Shown here piece after piece: positions 29,223-38,418 of a stretch of DNA of 64,000 nucleotides. A program made the translations under genes and the position numbers. The DNA comes from an uncultured Bacillales bacterium. Its GTDB lineage: Bacteria; Bacillota_I; Bacilli_A; RF39; UBA660. How positions within the stretch are numbered: position 1 is the first letter of the stretch; each line of letters begins with the position of its first letter. Location of the stretch: positions 601 to 64,600 of the forward strand of contig CAMODE010000028.1 in the NCBI GenBank assembly GCA_946611235.1, written 5' to 3'. Below the pieces are notes generated by a model that worked only from the letters and a program-made list of their open reading frames with translations, did not search any database and was not told the DNA's origin.

Positions 29223-29951
29223 CTAAACTTCAGCATTATTATTTTTTTCATTAGTAACATAAAAAGTAATAACTTTATCATCGAGTAATTTTCTATAACT
29301 CAAATCAAAATCTTCCCAATTTTTATCCACTTCAAAAGCAACATATCCTTTAGTAGTCTCTCCTACTTCTAAATTCTTATTCAAATTAGCAATACCATCT
29401 ATATCACCAAATAAAAAAGTAGGAATAATTCTTTCATCATCAACTAATCCACTAAAATTTAAATAAGTTACTAATTTTTCTTTGCTAGAAGCATTTTCAA
29501 CATCAAAGAAGAATACCAAATATTCTTTACCTTCCATTGGAGTATTATCACCAATAGAATCATACTTAAGAGCCTCACTGAGAGTAAACCTAACACCATC
29601 TATTTCTAAAGTATCTCCTATTGTACCCTCATCAATTACCTCATAATTTTCTGTATAATCATATATAGAATCCTTTATTTTATCAAAATATCCATCTTTT
29701 TCTTCTATTACGCTTTCTTCTAAAACATTAAAAGCAAATATACCAACTAAAATAATTATTATCAAAGGTATTAATATAACACATCCTAAAACAATTAAAA
29801 CAATTGCCCAAGTAGGAAGACCTTTCTTTTTACCAATATTAACATTATTATTAGTCTTACTTTCTTCTTTATTAACCAAAACACCACAGTTTAAACAAAT
29901 ATCAGCATTCTCATTTAATTCTTTACCACAATTAGAACAAAACTTAGCCAC
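29223..29951 (-). CDS. zinc-ribbon membrane protein with DUF4352-like ectodomain
   Basis: FCSNCGKEL...CLNCG zinc ribbon, one TM, and an Ig-like C-terminal region (...KGYVAFEV...). Confidence 0.55.
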   Translation of the reverse strand: MAKFCSNCGKELNENADICLNCGVLVNKEESKTNNNVNIGKKKGLPTWAIVLIVLGCVILIPLIIIILVGIFAFNVLEESVIEEKDGYFDKIKDSIYDYTENYEVIDEGTIGDTLEIDGVRFTLSEALKYDSIGDNTPMEGKEYLVFFFDVENASSKEKLVTYLNFSGLVDDERIIPTFLFGDIDGIANLNKNLEVGETTKGYVAFEVDKNWEDFDLSYRKLLDDKVITFYVTNEKNNNAEV

Positions 29952-30100
29952 CCTTAATCAACTCCTTACATAATAATTATATATTAAACTAAAAAGAAAT
30001 AAAAGTATTTTTTCAAATAATTTATTTATTTTACCTATATTAGGTATTATCCCATACACATAATAACTAGTTACATAATCTATTTTAGGGAGGAAAAATA

Positions 30101-30589
30101 ATGAATTTTAACGATTATTATAATTATCTAAATGGCTATAATGATATGAATTATATGCCAAATTCCAATCAAATGATTGAAGACTTAAATTATCAAAGTC
30201 TAATGCCAAATAATATGAATACTTCTAATAACCAAGATAATAATATTATATCTACTGAAGAAGGCTTTAAAAGAGGTAACATGTTTAAAAACCTTTATGA
30301 TGAATACAAAAATTTAAAGCCAAGAAAACTATCTGCAAGTAGTGAAAGAGAAGATATGTTAATGCAAATAATGGAATATACTTTTGCTATGATTGATTTA
30401 CAACTTTATCTAGATATGTATCCAAATGATAGAGATGCATTAAAACTATTCAATACATATCTAAATAATAAAAAAGAATTAACAAATATGTTTGAAGAAA
30501 AATATGGACCATTAACAATCGATAGTGAAGTACAAAAAAATAATTGGCTTTGGGATAACTCACCATGGCCTTGGGAGGTGCAAAAATAA
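30101..30589 (+). CDS. cotJB: spore coat-associated protein, CotJA-like plus CotJB fused
   Basis: EGFKRGNMFKNLYDEYK is CotJA-like. LMQIMEYTFAMIDLQLYLDMYPNDRDALKLFN...YGPLT is the CotJB signature. Overlaps the cotJC start by 1 nt. Confidence 0.75.
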   Translation: MNFNDYYNYLNGYNDMNYMPNSNQMIEDLNYQSLMPNNMNTSNNQDNNIISTEEGFKRGNMFKNLYDEYKNLKPRKLSASSEREDMLMQIMEYTFAMIDLQLYLDMYPNDRDALKLFNTYLNNKKELTNMFEEKYGPLTIDSEVQKNNWLWDNSPWPWEVQK

Positions 30590-31155
30590 TGTGGAAATAT
30601 GTTAAAACATTAGAATATCCCGTCAACATAAAGAAAAAAGATTTAAGAATAGCCAAATATCTAGTAACACAATATGGAGGATCCAATGGTGAACTAGCTG
30701 CAGCCTTTAGATATCTAAATCAAAGGTATACAATGCCCGATGACAAAGGAAAAGCCCTATTAACTGATATCGGTACTGAAGAACTAGCTCATGTTGAAAT
30801 AATATCTACTATGATATATCAATTAATGAAGGATGCCACTCTAGATGAAATTAAGAAAGCCGGATTAGATACCCATTATGCTGAGCACGGAAAAGCATTA
30901 TATCCAACCGATGCCAATGGCGTACCATTTACCGTAGCATATTTTGCCACAACAGGAGATCCACTAGCCGATATTTCCGAAGATATGGCCGCCGAACAAA
31001 AAGCAAGAGCTGTTTATGAAAATTTATTAGATTTAACAGATGATCCAGATGTCATAGGGCCATTATTATTCTTAAGACAGAGAGAAATAATACACTTTAC
31101 TAGATTTAAAGAATTATATGATGAATACAAAAAGAAATATAAAAACAAAATGTAG
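30589..31155 (+). CDS. cotJC: spore coat protein CotJC (manganese-catalase family)
   Basis: MWKYVKTLEYPVNIKKKD...GELAAAFRYLNQRY...EELAHVEII. Start at the ATG after GGGAGGTG SD. Confidence 0.9.
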   Translation: MWKYVKTLEYPVNIKKKDLRIAKYLVTQYGGSNGELAAAFRYLNQRYTMPDDKGKALLTDIGTEELAHVEIISTMIYQLMKDATLDEIKKAGLDTHYAEHGKALYPTDANGVPFTVAYFATTGDPLADISEDMAAEQKARAVYENLLDLTDDPDVIGPLLFLRQREIIHFTRFKELYDEYKKKYKNKM

Positions 31156-31173
31156 CCAAATAGGTTACATTTT
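31147..31173. terminator. bidirectional rho-independent terminator
   Basis: AAAATGTAGCC-AAAT-AGGTTACATTTT with U-runs on both strands, between convergent cotJC and the lipoprotein gene. Near-identical copy at 39512-39538. Confidence 0.65.
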
Positions 31174-31176
31174 GTT

Positions 31177-31722
31177 TTATTTACAAGTTAATCCACGACT
31201 AGTATACATACTTTGCATAGTATCAAAATCTCTACTAATACCAAAAGTACTTATATCATCATCAGATAACTTACTAAAATCATAAGTATAAGTTACTTTA
31301 TAATCATTATCAGTATCTGTATCAATAGAAGTCATAAAACCATCAGTATTCGTATAAGTACCAAATCTATTATTATGTCTTGTTCTAATATCAGCAAGAT
31401 CAAGTACTGTATTAGTAACACCCGTAACAACATCATCAAGAGCTTCTCCTACTACACCATCTACTACGCCATCTGTTTCACCAGTAGTATCATCTTCTTC
31501 GGTAGTACCATCAGTACCAGTACCAACGCCATCAGTATGACCATCTTTATATTCATAAGTAACAGTCATCATCTTAACGTCATTATCTCTGTAATCAATT
31601 TTATATGTTGTACTAGAACTAATATTACCAAGAGTATTTTCTGTACTACAAGTTAAACTATCATTAGTACCACAACCAGATAATACTGCTATTACAGCTA
31701 TTATAAGTAAAGCTTTTTTCAT
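31177..31722 (-). CDS. lipoprotein
   Basis: Lipobox VLSGC after an N-terminal signal peptide. T/D/G-rich mature part. Confidence 0.7.
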   Translation of the reverse strand: MKKALLIIAVIAVLSGCGTNDSLTCSTENTLGNISSSTTYKIDYRDNDVKMMTVTYEYKDGHTDGVGTGTDGTTEEDDTTGETDGVVDGVVGEALDDVVTGVTNTVLDLADIRTRHNNRFGTYTNTDGFMTSIDTDTDNDYKVTYTYDFSKLSDDDISTFGISRDFDTMQSMYTSRGLTCK

Positions 31723-31811
31723 ATATAATTAACTCCTTTCCTAATAATAGTATTAACAAATAATACTATTTTTATATTGGAATTTTTAACCAAAAAAAAT
31801 AGCTATAACAG

Positions 31812-32183
31812 CTACTTCTTACTACTAATAAGTTTCTTATTAATAAGACCCGCAGATCTTTTACAATCCTTTAAAAGTTTACCATATAAATTAGGATAAT
31901 GTCTAAGTTCCATAATAAAACAAACATCTTCATAAGATATCGAACCAATATAAGATTTATTTTCTTCATTCATAACAGTAACTTCTCTACCAAGTAAATA
32001 ATCAATTGTCGTATCCAAACTATCCGCTAGTTTAACCAAATTTTCTATCGTAGGTACTCTAGTACCATTTTCATATCCACATATTGATACCTTAGTAACA
32101 CCAATCATATCTCCAAGTTTTTGTTGTGATAATCCCTTTTGCATTCTAATTTCTTTAAGTCTTTTACCAACCATCATAATCAA
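31812..32183 (-). CDS. XRE-family helix-turn-helix transcriptional regulator
   Basis: LKEIRMQKGLSQQKLGDMIGVTKVSICGYENGTRVPTIENLVKLADSL. Confidence 0.85.
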   Translation of the reverse strand: MIMMVGKRLKEIRMQKGLSQQKLGDMIGVTKVSICGYENGTRVPTIENLVKLADSLDTTIDYLLGREVTVMNEENKSYIGSISYEDVCFIMELRHYPNLYGKLLKDCKRSAGLINKKLISSKK

Positions 32184-32328
32184 TTTCCTTTCAAAATATC
32201 CCTATGTTACCCTTTTGTTAATATTATTCTATAACAAAAAAATAAATTTGTATAGTATATTTGACATTTTTTTTAGGAAATAGTCAATAATATTATTATC
32301 AAATAAATATAAAATTATACAATAAGAC

Positions 32329-33031
32329 TTAAATATTAGTTTTAGATTTTTTCACCTCATCAGCAAATTCTTTTTCAGTAGGTAAAAACAATTGATATTT
32401 AGAAGCAAACAAATTTTTGTTATCATTTAAAACAGAATATTTAACAATTGTATCTTTTTTAGAAGTACAAAGAATTATTCCAATACTAGGATTATCTCCT
32501 ATATCCTTTACTTCATTATCAAAATATCTAACATAGAAATCCATCTGTCCAATATCTTGGTGAGTTAACTTATCTAATTTTAAATCAATTAAAACGAAAC
32601 ACTTCAAAACATAATTATAAAAAACCAAATCAATATAAAAATTATCACCATCAACATCAATTCTTTTTTGTCTTGCAACAAAAGAAAAACCTCTTCCTAA
32701 TTCAAGTAAAAATTCTTGGAGATGTTCTAAAATATTTGATTCCAAATCTTTTTCTAAAAATCTATTATTTCTAATATCAAGAAATTCTAAAACATAAGGA
32801 TCCTTTATAAAATCGTTTATATCATCACTTTTTTCTAAATAATTAATTTCATTTCTAACAACATTTTTATACTTATCATTATTAGAAATTAATCTTTCAT
32901 AATAAAAAACTATTAATTTGTCTTTCTAATTGTCTAACACCCTAATTCGCTTTAATACATTCTTCTAAATAAATATTTCTTTTTACTTCATCTTTTATAT
33001 TCATAATAAGTCTATTATGACTCCAACTTAG
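32329..33031 (-). pseudogene. yhcG: yhcG-type PDDEXK nuclease (DUF1016), C-terminal fragment with in-frame stop and frameshift
   Basis: Own translation: LSWSHNRLIMNIKDEVKRNIYLEECIKAN*GVRQLERQINSF(frameshift)YYERLIS...FLLELGRGFSFVARQKRIDVDGDNFYIDLVFYN...IDLK...NPSIGIILC. TAG replaces the conserved Trp codon, and there is an extra T in a T-run. Confidence 0.8.
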
Positions 33032-33180
33032 TTGGTCACACACCGTGTGACCAGTTGATTTATATGGTGACCTGCTCCCACCACTTAAGAAGTGGAGGCT
33101 TCCCTCTTTGGTAATATCGATTACCTCTAAGTAACGACAGCTGGCCCAGCCACCGAAGTTTTTTATATAGTTTCTTCTCT
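33032..33180 (-). ncRNA. predicted TnpB omega-RNA (reRNA) scaffold region at the IS right end
   Basis: The GC-richest stretch in the window, directly 3' of and overlapping the tnpB stop. Contains a perfect 9-bp hairpin TGGTCACAC-ACC-GTGTGACCA (33031-33051) plus the RE hairpin. Position matches the known omega-RNA location in IS200/IS605 elements. Confidence 0.5.
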
Positions 33181-34269
33181 CAATAATCTTAATCCTTCCA
33201 TAGCAATATTTAGTGATGCATTATAGTCTCTGTCCATAATATTACCACAATTACAAGTGTATGTTCTATCAGATAATTTTAAGCCTTTTTTGATATTACC
33301 ACAGTTAGAGCATCTTTTACTTGATGGATAATATTTATCCACCTTTATTAGTCTTTTTCCTCCTTGTTCTAGTTTATAACTAAGCTTTGTTATAAACATT
33401 CCAAAACTATTATCATATATCTTTTTACCAAGATGATTATTCTTACTCATTTCTTGCAAGTTTAAGTTTTCTACTGCAACAATATCAAAACTATCTGACA
33501 TTTCTTTTACAAGTTTATTTATGAAGTCTTTTCTTTGATTTCTGATCTTGATGTGTAATCTTGCAAGATCTTTTTTTCTTTTATACCAATTATTAGAGTA
33601 TGGAGTACATCTAGATAATTTTTCTTGCAATAATATAAGTTTCTCCATATTATTAATTAGATATTTAGGATAACTAATAAATCTGCCATTAGATAATACT
33701 CCAAAATAATCCTGACTATAATCTATTCCTACCATAAAAGTAAAAGGCTTATCAGTTTGGTCTTCTACTGATTCTATCTCATACTCATATAATAGTGATG
33801 CATAGTATTTATAGTCACTTTCTCTTGATATAGTAACACTTTTTAATTTATAATCACTAGAAAACATTCTATGTACTTTAGCATTTAGAATACCTACTTT
33901 AGGCAACCTAATATGCTTATTATCTATTACTCTAGAATTATTATTCGTAACGCTAGTAGTAAACGATTGTTTTTTACTATGTTTAGATTTATAAATTGGT
34001 AATCCAAAATGAGATGGGTTTTTGTAATGATTATCTATTGCTTTTTTTAAGTTTAATCTTGTATTAGCATATGATGAAGTATCAGATTCTAATAACCATT
34101 TGTTATCTTCATTATATATTTTAGTATAATTTTCTACTTTACCAGTCTCATTATACATAGCAAGCAAATGATTATACATATATCTATTACATCCAAAAGT
34201 CTTATCAATCATAATTTTCTGCTGTTTATTAGGATATATTCTTACTTTTAATGCTATGTTCTTCTTCAT
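33163..34269 (-). CDS. tnpB: IS200/IS605-family RNA-guided endonuclease TnpB
   Basis: MKKNIALKVRIYPNKQQ start, RuvC-like blocks (VGIDYS..., IVAVENLNL) and C-terminal zinc finger CSNCGN...CNCGNIMDRDYNASLNI. Confidence 0.9.
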   Translation of the reverse strand: MKKNIALKVRIYPNKQQKIMIDKTFGCNRYMYNHLLAMYNETGKVENYTKIYNEDNKWLLESDTSSYANTRLNLKKAIDNHYKNPSHFGLPIYKSKHSKKQSFTTSVTNNNSRVIDNKHIRLPKVGILNAKVHRMFSSDYKLKSVTISRESDYKYYASLLYEYEIESVEDQTDKPFTFMVGIDYSQDYFGVLSNGRFISYPKYLINNMEKLILLQEKLSRCTPYSNNWYKRKKDLARLHIKIRNQRKDFINKLVKEMSDSFDIVAVENLNLQEMSKNNHLGKKIYDNSFGMFITKLSYKLEQGGKRLIKVDKYYPSSKRCSNCGNIKKGLKLSDRTYTCNCGNIMDRDYNASLNIAMEGLRLLREETI

Positions 34270-34681
34270 CATTACCACCCTGACTTTCAATATATTTTCT
34301 TATTATATCTATTGTTACACCACCTGTGGTAACTAAGCAAAAACTTTTTGACCAAAAAGCCTCTTTCCAAAGTTTTTCTCTTATATTAGGAAATTCATTT
34401 TTTATAAGCCTACTACTGGCACTTTTATATGCATTTATAAATTTACTCATATTTGTTTTAGGAATGCTTCTAAACAAAACATGAATATGATCTTTGTCAT
34501 GATTCCACTCAGCTATAGTAATACCATAATTATTACCAATATAGCAAAAGATTTCTTTTAACCTTTCAGAAATAACATCGTCAATAACTTTTCTTCGATA
34601 TTTTGTTACCATCACAAGATGAAAATTTAATAAATACACTGAATGTTGATTCCGGTCTAATCTTTCCATTTTTACCACCAT
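34229..34681 (-). CDS. tnpA: IS200/IS605-family Y1 (HUH) transposase TnpA
   Basis: HSVYLLNFHLVMVTKYRR, HUH motif DHIHVLF, SFCLVTTGG, C-terminal YIESQ. Confidence 0.9.
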   Translation of the reverse strand: MVVKMERLDRNQHSVYLLNFHLVMVTKYRRKVIDDVISERLKEIFCYIGNNYGITIAEWNHDKDHIHVLFRSIPKTNMSKFINAYKSASSRLIKNEFPNIREKLWKEAFWSKSFCLVTTGGVTIDIIRKYIESQGGNDEEEHSIKSKNIS

Positions 34682-34842
34682 TTATTAGTTTTCTACTGAT
34701 ATTATAATTATACTAATTTTTGACTTCTTTGTCAATGCGTATTATCTAAAAAAAACACTAATTTACACATGCATATATTATCAAAAAACTGCAATTCATC
34801 CCATCACTTATAGAAGTGAGGGACTTCTTGCTGAGTTCTTTT

Positions 34843-35146
34843 TGTTAAATAGAATTTCTTCATCGCCTTTAAATTTGACATTCCATACCCTTTTCCATAT
34901 TTCTTAGTTAGTTTTTCAGAAAAGTTTTTAATTATAATATTTTGTGATGTACTTAACCGATATTTTTCAATTAATTCATTTATAATATGTCCTATATTAA
35001 AATATAATTCTACCATTTGTGTATTTACGTTTTTCTTTATCCATTTCTTTGAATTAATTATTAATTCATCAATCATATCATAATAGTTATCTATAGCAAC
35101 TAATGTAGTATCTAAAGACTCAGTTTTAGTTTTAATATTAATTCAT
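34843..35146 (-). pseudogene. yhcG: yhcG-type nuclease, N-terminal fragment
   Basis: ...NTQMVELYFNIGHIINE...KKYGKGYGMSNLKAMKKFYLT matches the DUF1016 N-terminal domain, then reads into the IS left end. Apparent additional frameshift near the start (ATG AAT TAA at 35138-35146). Confidence 0.7.
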
Positions 35147-35179
35147 CTCCTTTTCCATAATTATAAGAAGAAGCAGAAA

Positions 35180-35563
35180 TTAATCCGCTTCTTCATTTTC
35201 ATCAGGTTCTTCGTCAGAATTAATTTCATCTCTTTTACGATTAGGATTAGAAGTTAAGAATGTAACTCTTTCAGCAACAATTTCTGTCTTTCTTCTTTTC
35301 GTACCATCAGGAGACTCAATAATTCTATTCTGAACACGTCCTTTAACACCAATCATATCGCCAGTACTACAATACTCACTCGTAGACTCTGCAACTTGCG
35401 TCCATAAAGTACAATCTAAGAAATCAGTATCATATTCCCCATTAACATTTTTATATGCTCTAGGAACAGCAAGTGTTAAAGATGCATACTTCTTGCCAGT
35501 CTCTGTTGTTCTAACTTCCGGAGCTCTCGCTATCCTACCAACTAAAACAATTTGATTAACCAT
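35180..35563 (-). CDS. ssb: single-stranded DNA-binding protein
   Basis: MVNQIVLVGRIARAPEVRTTETGKKYASLTLAV... is an OB fold. Acidic tail DEEPDENEEAD. Start trimmed to the Met after AAAGGAGG. Confidence 0.85.
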   Translation of the reverse strand: MVNQIVLVGRIARAPEVRTTETGKKYASLTLAVPRAYKNVNGEYDTDFLDCTLWTQVAESTSEYCSTGDMIGVKGRVQNRIIESPDGTKRRKTEIVAERVTFLTSNPNRKRDEINSDEEPDENEEAD

Positions 35564-35750
35564 AATTACCTCCTTTCGAAAGCAATATATCATGATATAA
35601 GTAATCAAATCAAACACTCAAAAAATCTTTTTACACACATTTTTATAAAGAAAAAAACTTTCATAATTACTAAAAAGAATTTTTCTATTCCTTTTTAATA
35701 ATCAAAAAAGTTTTTTACAACATCTTAACACTTTACACCAACTTTACACT

Positions 35751-37037
35751 TTATTTTTCTATAGCCAGTTCTTTGACTATAGATTCACCAATCAAAGTAG
35801 CAAGTTTTTCTTCACTTTTAAGAAGAATATTAAGATCACTACTATTAGATAAATAACTAAGTTCAAGCAAATAAGATTCATTACCAATATTACTATTATA
35901 ATAAGGATTAACACCAACTTTATCCGGATTACTATCATCAACATAAGCACCAGTTAAATATCCCCCAGTTTCCCTTATCATATATAAATAATTACTATTA
36001 GTAGTTACTCCATATGCCTTATAACCCTTTTCTTTATATCCATTTAAAGAAGATTTAACTTCCGCCTCAGTAAAATTATGAGTATATACTCCATCAGACA
36101 CCCTATACATCTTATTAGTAGAATAACCAAAATCAGTATTATTAATAATATTATTAACAATATCCTTAGCAAAATCATAATTAATATTATCAGGAGTATA
36201 AACTTCTATTCCTTTAACACTAGAACTAACATTCTTGTTAATATGAATTGAAAAAGTATATTTAGATTTAACCTCATTAGGAATAACAGCTCTACCATGT
36301 TCATTATACTCATCCATTGTTTTATCTGATGGAATATCATCCTTATCATGGGTAAGTTTAACTTTAATATTCTTACTCTCTAAATAAGATTTTAATTTCA
36401 AACTAATATTCATTGCAAAGTCACTTTCTTTGTAACTACCTGATAAAGCCCCGCTATCAAGACCACCATGTCCAGGATCAATAGTAATATCATATATTTC
36501 ATTATCTTTATTTTCACTTACCTTAAACATAAAAGTACCATATTCTTCATCACTATTAATAATAATCTTATTATTATATTTAGATAAAGTATAATAGGTA
36601 ACTTCATTATAATCAGTATTATTCTTAAGAACATAATATTTATAAATAGGTTTTTCCTTATCTTCCTTATTTTCATAAGTAAGCTTCAAAAACAAATAAT
36701 AAATACCCCTATCTAAATTATCAATATACATACCTTCATTTATATATTCAGAAGTAGTAAAAGATATATCTGTACCACTCTTTTCATCATTAACATCAAA
36801 TACCTTCTCTTCTCCGTTATATAAAACAAGTGCTATATCCTCATAATTAATATCCGTAATTTTTAAATCACCTTTTATATTAAAATGATTTCCATATATA
36901 TAATACTCATCTATATTAACAACTTCTTCCTCTACATCAATTTTTGGAATAACATCCATAATATAATTAATATAAACAAAATATCCAACAAATCCAATGA
37001 TAACAACAATAAATAAAGTACCAAATAATTTCTTCAT
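35751..37037 (-). CDS. N-acetylmuramoyl-L-alanine amidase (Amidase_3) with N-terminal TM and extra domain
   Basis: ITIDPGHGGLDSGA...FSIHIN...E motif pattern of Amidase_3 in the C-terminal half. Confidence 0.8.
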   Translation of the reverse strand: MKKLFGTLFIVVIIGFVGYFVYINYIMDVIPKIDVEEEVVNIDEYYIYGNHFNIKGDLKITDINYEDIALVLYNGEEKVFDVNDEKSGTDISFTTSEYINEGMYIDNLDRGIYYLFLKLTYENKEDKEKPIYKYYVLKNNTDYNEVTYYTLSKYNNKIIINSDEEYGTFMFKVSENKDNEIYDITIDPGHGGLDSGALSGSYKESDFAMNISLKLKSYLESKNIKVKLTHDKDDIPSDKTMDEYNEHGRAVIPNEVKSKYTFSIHINKNVSSSVKGIEVYTPDNINYDFAKDIVNNIINNTDFGYSTNKMYRVSDGVYTHNFTEAEVKSSLNGYKEKGYKAYGVTTNSNYLYMIRETGGYLTGAYVDDSNPDKVGVNPYYNSNIGNESYLLELSYLSNSSDLNILLKSEEKLATLIGESIVKELAIEK

Positions 37038-38347
37038 TATTTCCCTCCAATATTAAGAGCCAAAAGTCTATTTAATTCAACAGCATATTCCATAGGAAGT
37101 TCCTCTCTAAAAGCATTAACAAACCCCATAATAATAAGTTCTTTAGCTTTTTCTTCATCAATTCCCCTACTCATCAAATAAAATAACTTATCCTCACTTA
37201 TCTTAGAAACAGTTGCTTCATGCTCTAAAAAAGAACTATTATTATCAACAATATTCGTTGGAATAGTATCACTCTTAGATATATCATCTAGTATTAAAGT
37301 ATCACATTTAACAGATGCCCTCGAATTAGTAGCATTCTTACTTATTCTAACAGTACCCCTATATGTAGCAAGACCACCACAAGAAGCAATCGATTTAGAT
37401 ACAATATTACTCTTCGTATTTTTACCTAAATGAATCATCTTAGCACCACTATCTTGCACTTGCCCACAGCCAGCAGCAGCCACCGTAATACAACTACCTC
37501 TCGAATTATCCCCTTTAAGTATACAGCAAGGATACTTCATATTCGATTTAGATCCAACATTACCATCTATCCATTCCATAAGACCATTTTCTTCTACAAT
37601 AGCCCTTTTAGTAACCAAATTATAAACATCACTAGACCAATTCTGAATAGTCGTATACCTACATTTAGAATTCTTACCAACAAATATTTCCACAACAGCA
37701 GCATGAAGAGCATCTTCCGTATATGTAGGAGCAGTACATCCCTCAATATAATGAAGCTCACTATTATCGTCTACTATAATAAGAGTCCTTTCAAATTGTC
37801 CCATATTTCTACTATTAATTCTAAAATAACTTTGTAAAGGTCTATCTAAATGCGTATCAGGAGGTATATATATAAAAGTACCACCAGACCAAACAGCACC
37901 ATTTAATGCCGTAAATTTATTTTCATTATATTTAACCAAAGTATTAAAATATTTCTTAAAAATATCAGGATATTCCCTTAAAGCTGTATCTGTATCACAA
38001 AAAATAACATTCTTATCCTTAAGTTCCTTATTCATATTATGATAAATAACTTCACTATCATATTGAGCCCCAACACCATCTAAGTATTTCTTTTCAGCAG
38101 ATATTACACCCAAATCATCAAATAAATTTCTAACACCGCATGATAAATTATCCCAATTATCCGTAAGATTCTCTTCCCTTTCTTTATAATAATTAATACT
38201 ATCATAATCAATATCAAGTTTAGGTCCAAAAGAAGGATTACTACTCTTATCAAAAGCCTCTAACGAATTAAGCCTAAACTTAAGCATCCATTCAGGTTCA
38301 CTCTTAATACTTGATATCCTTTTAACAACATCATTAGTAAGTTTCAT
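37037..38347 (-). CDS. sufB: Fe-S cluster assembly protein SufB
   Basis: WSGGTFIYIPPDTHLDRPLQSYFRIN, HYIEGCTAP, TIQNWS and EATVSKISEDKLFYLMSRGI blocks. Confidence 0.9.
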   Translation of the reverse strand: MKLTNDVVKRISSIKSEPEWMLKFRLNSLEAFDKSSNPSFGPKLDIDYDSINYYKEREENLTDNWDNLSCGVRNLFDDLGVISAEKKYLDGVGAQYDSEVIYHNMNKELKDKNVIFCDTDTALREYPDIFKKYFNTLVKYNENKFTALNGAVWSGGTFIYIPPDTHLDRPLQSYFRINSRNMGQFERTLIIVDDNSELHYIEGCTAPTYTEDALHAAVVEIFVGKNSKCRYTTIQNWSSDVYNLVTKRAIVEENGLMEWIDGNVGSKSNMKYPCCILKGDNSRGSCITVAAAGCGQVQDSGAKMIHLGKNTKSNIVSKSIASCGGLATYRGTVRISKNATNSRASVKCDTLILDDISKSDTIPTNIVDNNSSFLEHEATVSKISEDKLFYLMSRGIDEEKAKELIIMGFVNAFREELPMEYAVELNRLLALNIGGK

Positions 38348-38418
38348 TCATATCACCTTTTCTACAATTATTATAAATTAAATCAAGACATAAGTAAAGA
38401 AAAAGAAGACAACTTACA

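Larger units (their letters stand above)
33032..34842 (-). mobile_element. IS200/IS605-family insertion sequence (tnpA + tnpB); boundaries +/- 20 nt
   Basis: Y1 transposase and TnpB ORFs overlap. Related imperfect hairpins lie at both ends (LE 34800-34822 CCCATCACTT-ATAG-AAGTGAGGG; RE 33077-33098 CCCACCACTT-AAG-AAGTGGAGG). Host yhcG reading frame resumes on both sides. Confidence 0.85.

Noticed and set aside
31812-37037. XRE regulator, PDDEXK nuclease, IS, ssb and amidase read together as a prophage remnant or a defence island.
   Set aside because: There are no phage structural, lysis-cassette or integrase genes. The nuclease gene is a multiply broken pseudogene, and the amidase has an N-terminal membrane anchor typical of a cellular enzyme. 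The evidence only supports calling this a small accessory or decayed patch.
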